Positions 48,367 to 55,971 of a DNA stretch of 64,000 nt are shown here, one piece after another (positions within the stretch are counted from its first letter, which is position 1; each line of letters opens with the position of its first letter). Both the position numbers and the translations under genes were made by a program. The DNA comes from Myxococcota bacterium (lineage in GTDB: Bacteria > Myxococcota_A > UBA9160 > UBA6930), in the NCBI GenBank assembly GCA_965223705.1, contig OZ245015.1:2816001-2880000 (forward strand). Reading direction: 5' to 3'. A model generated the notes under the pieces. It was not told the DNA's origin. It was given only the letters and a program-made list of their open reading frames with translations, and searched no databases.

Positions 48367-49416
48367 ATGACCGACAACTCCGCACCCCCCGGCATCGACC
48401 GAGAAGCGGTCGAACGTTGGATCGCCGAACGCTCGGCCGATCTCACCCCGCCGTTTCGTTGGATGCGCCTGGAAGGCGGCCACTCGAACCTGACGTATCG
48501 CGTGGAGGACTCGAAGGGCCGCGAAGCGGTGGTTCGACGACCTCCCGAGGGCAAGCTCCTACCCAAAGCCCACGACATGGGGCGCGAATTCAAGATCATC
48601 GCCGCGCTCGCGCCGACTCCGGTGCCGGTCGCCCCGCCCATCGCGTATTGCGAAGACCCGAGCATTACCGGTGCGCACTTCTACGTGATGGGATGCGTGC
48701 CCGGCCGAGCCCTGTACGAACGTCAAGACGTCCTCGAGGCTCTGCCGCTTGAAAAACGACGCGCGCTCAGCTTTTCGTTCATCGACGTGCTGGCCGACCT
48801 TCACGCACTCGACCCGGAAGCGATCGGCCTCGGCGACCTCGGGCGACCAGACGCCTATGTCGCCCGGCAACTGAAACGCTGGTACGGATCCTGGGAATCG
48901 TCACGGGAGTCCGCGAAGATCGATCTCCCGATCGTCGATGAGCTGCACGACCTTCTCTCGGCACGTGTGCCGGCGCAAGAATCCGGCCGGGTCGTGCATG
49001 GTGACTATGGGCTCCACAACTGCCTCGCCGCAGAAGAAGGTGTCATCGCCGCTGTCCTCGACTGGGAGATCAGTACCTTGGGCGATCCCCTCGCGGATCT
49101 CGGATACGCACTCAACACGTGGTCCGAGCCCGGCGACGCGGTCACCCTCAAAGACGATGCCCCGACGGACGAGCCCGGCTTCGCCACGCGTGCCGAGATG
49201 CTCGAGCGATACGCCCAGCGAAGCGGCCGCGATGTCTCGGGAATCGGCTACTACACCGCTTTCAACTTCTGGAAGACCGCGTGCATTATTCAAGGGGTGT
49301 ATGCCCGGTACGTGCAGGGTCAAAAGAGCACCGAGGGCATCGACCTCGACTATCTCCGCGAGCGGGTTCATCGCGCCGCAACGCTCGCGGAAAACGCCGC
49401 AACCGAACTGGGGTAG
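48367..49416 (+). CDS. Phosphotransferase (APH/ACAD10-11 kinase-like, LvaA-type)
   Basis: GGHSNLTY, RRPP, AHDMGRE, VHGDY...N, AVLDWEISTLGDPLADL. Confidence 0.9.
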   Translation: MTDNSAPPGIDREAVERWIAERSADLTPPFRWMRLEGGHSNLTYRVEDSKGREAVVRRPPEGKLLPKAHDMGREFKIIAALAPTPVPVAPPIAYCEDPSITGAHFYVMGCVPGRALYERQDVLEALPLEKRRALSFSFIDVLADLHALDPEAIGLGDLGRPDAYVARQLKRWYGSWESSRESAKIDLPIVDELHDLLSARVPAQESGRVVHGDYGLHNCLAAEEGVIAAVLDWEISTLGDPLADLGYALNTWSEPGDAVTLKDDAPTDEPGFATRAEMLERYAQRSGRDVSGIGYYTAFNFWKTACIIQGVYARYVQGQKSTEGIDLDYLRERVHRAATLAENAATELG

Positions 49417-49467
49417 GCTGCCGCACGCGCATCCGCGCTAGTGTGAGCTGCCGAGGAGGAGCCATCC

Positions 49468-50556
49468 ATGAAAGCCGCCGTACTGAACGAAATCCCGGGC
49501 CAGCTCGAGATCGAAGACGTCACGATCGACAAGCCGGCGCCCGATGAAATCCTGATCGAGACCAAGAACGCAGGCCTGTGCCATAGCGATCTTCATTTCA
49601 TGGAAGGCCACTGGCAGACGAAGTTGCCGGCGGTGATGGGTCATGAAGCGGCCGGGATCGTCGAAGCCGTCGGCGAGAACGTCCGGTACGTGAAGCCCGG
49701 CGACCGGGTCATCACCTGCCTCTCCCTCTTCTGCGGGACCTGCGATTTCTGTTTGGGCGGTCGCATGAACCTGTGCCAGAACTTTTCCGCGACGGCGCGG
49801 CCGAAAGGCGCGCCAGGGCGCCTCACCAACAAAGCCGGCGTCGAGCTCGCCCAGTTCGCCCGGCTCGCGAGTTTCGCGGAGCAGATGCTGGTCCATCAGA
49901 ACGCGGTGGTCACGGTGCGCGAAGAGATGCCCCTCGATAAAGCCGCGCTCATCGGCTGCGGCGTGACGACCGGCATGGGCGCCGTCTTCCGGACCGCCCG
50001 CATCGAGCCGGGCGCGACCGTGTGCGTCATCGGCGCGGGCGGCGTCGGCCTTTCCGCGGTTCAGGCCGCGCGGATCGCCGGTGCGGGCCGACTCATCGTC
50101 GTCGACATCACCGAGGAGAAACTCGCCAAGGCGAAAGAGCTCGGCGCCACAGACGTCGTGAACGGCGCAGAAGTCGACGCGGTCGAAGCGGTGAAGGAGC
50201 TCACCGGCGGCGGCGTCGAGTATTCGTTTGAAGCGATCGGCTTGAAGAAAACCGTAGAGCAGGCATGGGGCATGCTCGCCGTGGGCGGGACGGCCACGGT
50301 CATCGGCATGATGCCTTTCGGCGAGAAAGTCGAGATCATGGGCTACGAGATCTTCATGCAGGAGAAGACGCTCAAAGGCTCCATGATGGGATCGAACCAG
50401 TTCCGCAAGGACATGCCGCGCTTTGTCGACATGTACCTCGACGGACGACTGAAGCTCGACGAAATGGTGTCGCAACACATCCCCCTCGAGAAGATCAACG
50501 ACGGCTACACGTCGATGCAGCGCGGCGAGCTCGCCCGCACCGTCGTCGACTTCTAG
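49468..50556 (+). CDS. Zn-dependent alcohol dehydrogenase (MDR family)
   Basis: CHSD, GHEAAG, CxxCxxC..C, IGCG, GAGGVG. Confidence 0.93.
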   Translation: MKAAVLNEIPGQLEIEDVTIDKPAPDEILIETKNAGLCHSDLHFMEGHWQTKLPAVMGHEAAGIVEAVGENVRYVKPGDRVITCLSLFCGTCDFCLGGRMNLCQNFSATARPKGAPGRLTNKAGVELAQFARLASFAEQMLVHQNAVVTVREEMPLDKAALIGCGVTTGMGAVFRTARIEPGATVCVIGAGGVGLSAVQAARIAGAGRLIVVDITEEKLAKAKELGATDVVNGAEVDAVEAVKELTGGGVEYSFEAIGLKKTVEQAWGMLAVGGTATVIGMMPFGEKVEIMGYEIFMQEKTLKGSMMGSNQFRKDMPRFVDMYLDGRLKLDEMVSQHIPLEKINDGYTSMQRGELARTVVDF

Positions 50557-50587
50557 CCGCCAGGGCGCGGAGGATCTCCGCAATCCG

Positions 50588-51346
50588 ATGCTCGTGATCT
50601 ACGGCGTTCCGAACTCTCAGCCGGTGCGTGCGGTGGTCTGGCTCTGCTTGATGAAGGGCTTGCCCTTCGACCTTCGGCTGACGAGCCAAAACGACCACGC
50701 AAAACGCCCCGAGTATCTCGATCGCGTGAATCCGCGGGGCACGATTCCGGCGATCGACGACGACGGCGTCGTTCTGTGGGAAAGCCACGCGATCATGATC
50801 TACCTGTGCGAAAAGCACGGGTGGCGGGATCTCTGGCCGGAGGATCTCGTAGCGCGCGCGCAGGTGAACCAGTACCTCCACTTCCACCATCGCAACACCC
50901 GCGAGCTCGTCGAATCGTGGAGTCGCGCCCTCTGGCCCACGGTGTTCGGTAAGAGCGATCCCGATGAGGCGTGGTACCTCCGAAACACGTTCGTCGGCGT
51001 GCGCAACAACGCCGAGGTCGCCCAGCAGGCCCTCCGCACCATCGAGACCTTGCTCGAACGGGCGCCATTCTTGGCGGGCGAATCGCTGACCTTGGCAGAC
51101 CTCTCTGCCTACGAGGAGCTCGGGCAAAACCAGCCCCGGTTTGCGAACTGCACCGACTACCGTCCCTACCCCCACATCCGGCGATGGCTCGCCGAGATGG
51201 CGCGATTGCCCTTTCACGACGAAGCCCATGACGTGTGGGTCCGCATCGGAGATGCGCGGAAGCTCGAGGGTGGGATGCGGGCGATCGCGACCGCGAACAA
51301 AGAGGCGGCGCGCACGATCCGGGAAGCGGTCGAGGGAATGCGTTAG
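50588..51346 (+). CDS. Glutathione S-transferase (theta-like)
   Basis: SQPVRAV, VNPRGTIPAI, ESHAI, LTLADL. Confidence 0.9.
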   Translation: MLVIYGVPNSQPVRAVVWLCLMKGLPFDLRLTSQNDHAKRPEYLDRVNPRGTIPAIDDDGVVLWESHAIMIYLCEKHGWRDLWPEDLVARAQVNQYLHFHHRNTRELVESWSRALWPTVFGKSDPDEAWYLRNTFVGVRNNAEVAQQALRTIETLLERAPFLAGESLTLADLSAYEELGQNQPRFANCTDYRPYPHIRRWLAEMARLPFHDEAHDVWVRIGDARKLEGGMRAIATANKEAARTIREAVEGMR

Positions 51347-51422
51347 TGGTGGGCCGCCAGGGACTCGAACCCTGAACCGGCGGGTTAAAAGCCCGATGCT
51401 CTACCAATTGAGCTAACGGCCC
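51347..51422 (-). tRNA. tRNA-Lys (anticodon TTT), CCA encoded
   Basis: GGGCCGTTAGCTCAATTGGTAGAGCATCGGGCTTTTAACCCGCCGGTTCAGGGTTCGAGTCCCTGGCGGCCCACCA; 76-nt cloverleaf. Confidence 0.96.
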
Positions 51423-51470
51423 ACGCCCCTGAGTTAACACCGCGCCTCGGCGGTGTCGAGCCGCGCCGGC

Positions 51471-52379
51471 TTATGGGACCGCCACGCGAGGAACTCGGGA
51501 CGAGAGCACGAGGCCCAATGCGATGGCCAGCGCCCCGACCCAATGGAAAACTGCCAAGTGCTCGCCCAGGAAGACAATTGCGAGAAACGTCCCGAAAAGC
51601 GGGACCATGTGTTGAAACGAGCCCGCCACGCTCGGGCCGACGATGCCCACCGCGCGGTTGAACAAGATGAACGCAACAGCGGTCGGGAACACGCCGATAT
51701 AGACGACGCCGAGCCACGCCCGGGTGTCGTCCGGGAAGCCCCTCTGGCCGACCTCCCAGAGGAAGAACGGCGCGAGAAAAATCGCCGCCAGTAGGTAGAT
51801 CGCCACCAGGAAGAGATACGGAGAGAGGGCCGGATCTTTCCGGCGCACAGCGACGGTGTAGATCGACCAGCAGAACATTCCCCCGAGCATCAGGAGATCG
51901 CCGGGGACGAACGAGAGCGACGCGAGGAGCCGCGGATCGCCCCGGGTCGCGATGAGCACCACGCCGAGGAACGAAACCCCCATGCCGACCGCTTGTGAAA
52001 CGCGCAACCTCTCACGCAGAGCGAAGAAAGCGATGACGGGAATCACAGCTGGACACAGCGATACCGTGAGCGCAGCGTTGATCGCTGTCGTCGTGTGAAG
52101 CGCGTGGTAGACGAGACCGTTGAAGAGCGCCGTGCCGAAAACACCGGCGATCGCCACGAGCCGAGCGTGGTCGCGCAGCCGCGAGAGATTCTCCGGTGCG
52201 TCCCGCAATGCCAGCGGCAACAGCACCACGGCACCCACCGCGTTTCTGAAGAACGCGAGGGTATAGGGCGGAACGTCTTCGTGGAGTCCGCGACCGAAGA
52301 CCACGTTTGTGCCCCACAAGAAGCCGCAAAAAACGAGACTCGTCCTCGCGAACCGGTCGACGGAGGACGCTTCTCCCAT
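51471..52379 (-). CDS. DMT/EamA family transporter
   Basis: About 10 TM helices in two EamA repeats; WG.N, GD.LML, FLGE. Confidence 0.9.
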   Translation of the reverse strand: MGEASSVDRFARTSLVFCGFLWGTNVVFGRGLHEDVPPYTLAFFRNAVGAVVLLPLALRDAPENLSRLRDHARLVAIAGVFGTALFNGLVYHALHTTTAINAALTVSLCPAVIPVIAFFALRERLRVSQAVGMGVSFLGVVLIATRGDPRLLASLSFVPGDLLMLGGMFCWSIYTVAVRRKDPALSPYLFLVAIYLLAAIFLAPFFLWEVGQRGFPDDTRAWLGVVYIGVFPTAVAFILFNRAVGIVGPSVAGSFQHMVPLFGTFLAIVFLGEHLAVFHWVGALAIALGLVLSSRVPRVAVP

Positions 52380-52468
52380 GGGGCGCCGACCCTAGCAGAG
52401 GCGCCCGCCGGAAGCGCGAACACAAGTCCAGTAGACTGGGAGACGCAACCTCCAAAGCCAAGGACACC

Positions 52469-53653
52469 ATGATCGACTTCAGCCCGCCCGACGAACTCCT
52501 GGCCCTGCGCGACAAAGTCGCGACGTTCGTCCGAAACGAAATCGTCCCCATGGAGAAGGACCCCCGCCAAGGACCTCATGGTCCCGAGGAATCGCTGCGC
52601 CAGGATCTCGTCGGCAAAGCACGGGACGCGGGGCTCCTCTCCCCGCACGCGCCTGCCGAATGGGGCGGCCTGGGTCTCGACAACATCGGCAACGCCCTGG
52701 TTTTCGAGGCCGCCTGTTACTCGCCGCTCGGCTCCTTGGCCCTCAACATCCAGGCCCCCGACGAGGGAAACGTCCACCTCCTCGACAAAGTCGCGACGGA
52801 CGCGCAAAAGGAACGCTGGCTCCGACCGTTGGCCGAGGGCCGCATCCGCACCGTCTTTCACATGACGGAGCCCGACGGCGGCGCGGGCTCGGACCCGTCG
52901 CTGCTCCGAACCGAGGCGCGAGAAGACGCCGACGGGTGGCTCATCAACGGACGGAAGTGGCTGATCTCCGGAATCGGTGCCCCGGGCGTCGGCCTCAATA
53001 TCATCATGGCGAAGACGCTCAGCGCCTCGGGTGAAGACCTCGGAGCATCGATGTTCCTCCTCGACGGCGAAGTTCCCGGGATGGAGATCGTGCGAACGCT
53101 CGACACGATGGACAGCAACACCGTCGGCGCGCATTGCGAAGTCACCTACGACAACGTCCGCGTCCCGAAAGATCAGATCCTCGGAGAGCCCGGGAAGGGC
53201 TTTCGCTACGCCCAGATTCGCCTCGCACCCGCTCGGCTGACCCACTGCATGCGCTGGCTCGGTCAGGCTGTCCGGTGCCACGAGATCGCCGTCGAGTACG
53301 CGCGAACCCGCACGGCGTTCGGCAAGCCGATCGGTGAGCACGAAGGGGTTGGGTTCCAGCTGGCGGACAACGAGACGGACCTGCATCTGGCACGCCTCGC
53401 GACCTGGCACTGCGCTTGGGTCCTCGATCAAGGGCACAAAGGCCGTCGCGAAAGCAGCCTTGCGAAAGTCTTTGTGTCGGAGGCGTTGTGTCGTGTCGTC
53501 GACCGATGTGTCCAGGTACTCGGCGGCTTGGGCATCACCGCCGATACGATCGTCGAGGCGACGTACCGCGACATCCGCGCGTTTCGTATCTACGACGGCC
53601 CTTCCGAAGTCCACCGCTGGGCGCAGGCGCGCGACATTCTTCGAGGGGCCTGA
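52469..53653 (+). CDS. Acyl-CoA dehydrogenase (ACAD10/11, LvaC-like)
   Basis: NIQAPDEGN, MTEP, GSDP, NGRKW, RL.PARLTHCMR, RIYDGPSEVH. Confidence 0.92.
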   Translation: MIDFSPPDELLALRDKVATFVRNEIVPMEKDPRQGPHGPEESLRQDLVGKARDAGLLSPHAPAEWGGLGLDNIGNALVFEAACYSPLGSLALNIQAPDEGNVHLLDKVATDAQKERWLRPLAEGRIRTVFHMTEPDGGAGSDPSLLRTEAREDADGWLINGRKWLISGIGAPGVGLNIIMAKTLSASGEDLGASMFLLDGEVPGMEIVRTLDTMDSNTVGAHCEVTYDNVRVPKDQILGEPGKGFRYAQIRLAPARLTHCMRWLGQAVRCHEIAVEYARTRTAFGKPIGEHEGVGFQLADNETDLHLARLATWHCAWVLDQGHKGRRESSLAKVFVSEALCRVVDRCVQVLGGLGITADTIVEATYRDIRAFRIYDGPSEVHRWAQARDILRGA

Positions 53654-53663
53654 TCGAAGCCGC

Positions 53664-53692
53664 TTGACTTTCGCCTTTCATTCGCCTAGGTT
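53664..53692 (+). promoter_or_regulatory. Sigma70-type promoter
   Basis: TTGACT-N17-TAGGTT, not followed by any credible + strand CDS. Confidence 0.65.
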
Positions 53693-53697
53693 GATCC

Positions 53698-54206
53698 GGT
53701 CTCGAACGAGGGCTTTGGCCATTGGGTCCCCCCCTCTGCTTCAGAGGCCCCGCCGTACGGGTGAAGGTCCTGCTGCAGGCCAGAGCGACCTGGTCGAGAC
53801 GCCACGCTCCGCGGAGGCGGGCGGGCAACAGTCGGTGGGTTCGCACGGGTTAGATGCCCCGGCGAACGCCCGCAGAGGAAGCACGGATACGTGCCCCTCT
53901 GCCGCTAGATCTCGGTATCGGACTTGGGTCGAGATCTGACGGGGTGACACCACTCGCCGAGCTGATCCCGCCCGCTCCGCGGAGATCGGCGCGCGACCCC
54001 TCGCCCACCTTCGAAAACTTTGCGCTAGCGGCTGCTGCCACCGCAGGTGAGCGCCGCGAGACCAGCAGGATGTCCCGAGGCCGTGGCGGGTGGGGGTACC
54101 GCGCGCAGTTCCGCAGCGCCGGCGACCCGTACGAAGGATCTCGTAACCCCGTCGGCGCGAGGATGTTTGAGCACGGTGCCCCCACCCGCCACGGCCCTAC
54201 CTCGGT
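53698..54206 (+). ncRNA. Candidate large structured non-coding RNA (unassigned family)
   Basis: Nested long helices, e.g. 53768-75/54063-70, 53807-25/53967-84 and 54079-101/54174-96; G-U pairs favour the + strand; lies downstream of the promoter. Confidence 0.55.
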
Positions 54207-54224
54207 CTTCCGGGTAGAGCGCCG

Positions 54225-54656
54225 CTAAGTCAGCGCCTGCGCGACGTTATCGAGCGACACGTTGTAGAGCGTGGCGAAGATTTCGCGGATCTCTTCCTCG
54301 GGCTGGCCCACCGGCTCCCAAGTACTGCTCCAGGTCACTCGTGAAGTTTGGTCGCCCTCGGCGACCACCGTCATTGTGGCGACGTAGTCGACAACGGGTA
54401 GCGGACTGTCTCCGATCGCCGCGTAGCGAAAACTCATTCCGTCGTCGTCGAACGCCAAGAGCTCTTCGCTGATCCGACCGGTGAAGCCCGTGGCCGGGTC
54501 GAGATCGGCGCTGCGAACGGAGCCTACGCCCTCGCCCTCCACCTGGACCGGCCCGACGCCGGGGATCCACTTGTGCGTCCCACCCCATTCGGAAACCATC
54601 GCCCACACGCGCTCGGCCGGAGCCGAGATTGTCTTCGTCACACTGACTTTACCCAT
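54225..54656 (-). CDS. SRPBCC (polyketide cyclase/dehydrase-like) protein
   Basis: I.APAERVW......HKW.PG, GVGSVR, E.L...D, F.Y, VTW. Confidence 0.85.
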   Translation of the reverse strand: MGKVSVTKTISAPAERVWAMVSEWGGTHKWIPGVGPVQVEGEGVGSVRSADLDPATGFTGRISEELLAFDDDGMSFRYAAIGDSPLPVVDYVATMTVVAEGDQTSRVTWSSTWEPVGQPEEEIREIFATLYNVSLDNVAQALT

Positions 54657-54666
54657 GGCTCGAAGC

Positions 54667-55971
54667 CTACCCCCGCGGTTTTGGAAACGGCGCTCGCCGG
54701 CAAATGGTCTGATCGCGACCCGGGCCGATCGAAATCAGATCGACCGGTACGCCGGCGAGCACTTCGATGCGCTCGATGTACCGTTGCGCCGCGGCGGGCA
54801 ATCCGTCGAACTCCGTCACCCCGGTGATGTCTTCCGACCACCCCGGCATGACCTCGTAGACCGGTTTCGCCCGCTCCACTTCACCCAACGTCATCGGGAA
54901 GGATTCGCTCCGCTTGCCGTCGATGTCGTAGGCGACGGCAACGGGAACCTCATCGAGCCCGGACAAGATATCGAGCTTGTTGACCGCCAGAGACGTGAAT
55001 CCGTTGACGATTGCCGCCTCTCGCAACACCACGGCGTCGAGCCAACCACAGCGGCGCCTGCGGCCGGTGGTGGCGCCGAATTCGTGCCCTCGCTCGCCGA
55101 GCCACTCGCCCCGGGGGCCGGTGTCCTCGCTGGGGAACGGGCCACCCCCGACTCGCGTCGCGTAGGCCTTCGTAATGCCCAGCACGCTGTCGATCCGCGT
55201 CGGTCCGACTCCGGACCCCGTGCACACGGCACCCGCCACGCAGTTCGACGACGTCACGTAGGGATAGGTCCCGTGGTCGATGTCGAGGAAGGTTCCCTGG
55301 GCACCCTCGAACAGCACGTTCTTTCCGTCGCGGAGGGCGCGATCGAGGATGTGGCCGGTGTGATCGACGTAAGGCGCCAGGCGCTTGCCGAGTTCGAGGC
55401 ACGACTCGATCAGCCCTTCGACATCGATCGGTGAGTCGCCGTGGACATCGCGCAGCTCGCGGTTCTTGTCGGCACCCGCTGCCGACAGGACCTCGCGCAA
55501 GCGCGCCGGCTCGAGCAGATCCGCGACCCGAATTCCCCGACGCGCCACCTTGTCCTCGTAGGTCGGACCGATGCCGCGGCCCGTGGTGCCGATCGCACTC
55601 CCGCCGCGCGCGCGTTCACGCGCCTGGTCGAGCGCCACGTGCCAATCGAGGATGACGTGGGCGCGCCCGGACACGCGTACCCGAGACGGATCGCGGAGCA
55701 CGCCGCGTCGCTTGAGCTCGTCGAGCTCGTGCAGCAGTACTTCCGGGTTCACGACGACGCCGGGGCCGATCAGATTGATTGTCCCGTCCTGCAGTACACC
55801 CGACGGGACCACGTGGAGGACCGTTTGCTCGCCGTCGACCACCAACGTGTGGCCGGCGTTGTTGCCGCCTTGGAAACGCGCGACCAGCTGTGCCCGTAGC
55901 GCGAGCCAATCGACGATCTTGCCCTTCCCCTCGTCTCCCCACTGCGCCCCGACGGCGACGAGAGCGGTCAT
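54667..55971 (-). CDS. purA: Adenylosuccinate synthetase
   Basis: GAQWGDEGKGK, QGGNNAGHT, GTTGRGIGP, EGAQG, GATTGRRRRCGW. Confidence 0.98.
   Translation of the reverse strand: MTALVAVGAQWGDEGKGKIVDWLALRAQLVARFQGGNNAGHTLVVDGEQTVLHVVPSGVLQDGTINLIGPGVVVNPEVLLHELDELKRRGVLRDPSRVRVSGRAHVILDWHVALDQARERARGGSAIGTTGRGIGPTYEDKVARRGIRVADLLEPARLREVLSAAGADKNRELRDVHGDSPIDVEGLIESCLELGKRLAPYVDHTGHILDRALRDGKNVLFEGAQGTFLDIDHGTYPYVTSSNCVAGAVCTGSGVGPTRIDSVLGITKAYATRVGGGPFPSEDTGPRGEWLGERGHEFGATTGRRRRCGWLDAVVLREAAIVNGFTSLAVNKLDILSGLDEVPVAVAYDIDGKRSESFPMTLGEVERAKPVYEVMPGWSEDITGVTEFDGLPAAAQRYIERIEVLAGVPVDLISIGPGRDQTICRRAPFPKPRG

Noticed and set aside
51347..51422. tRNA-Lys as an integration site for an island or prophage
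   Set aside because: No integrase and no duplicated tRNA 3' end were seen; the GST stop abuts the CCA end directly.
53720..53800. tRNA-Sec (selC), suggested by CTTCA in a hairpin
   Set aside because: The loop is 3 nt (CCTCTG-ctt-CAGAGG), not a 7-nt CTTCAAA anticodon loop, and there is no cloverleaf.
54075..54206. Group II intron 3' end (GGCCCTACCTCGG resembles domain VI)
   Set aside because: There is no domain V with a catalytic triad upstream, no GTGCG 5' end and no RT gene.
53698..54228. Canonical tmRNA (ssrA), suggested by ENFALAA
   Set aside because: No tRNA-Ala-like acceptor stem, T-loop or CCA end was found in standard or permuted order, and no stop codon follows ALAA.
53854..54228. 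124-aa ORF and other short ORFs in the 53.7-54.2 kb gap
   Set aside because: They have no RBS, are Arg/Pro/Gly-rich like shadow ORFs and contain no recognisable domain.
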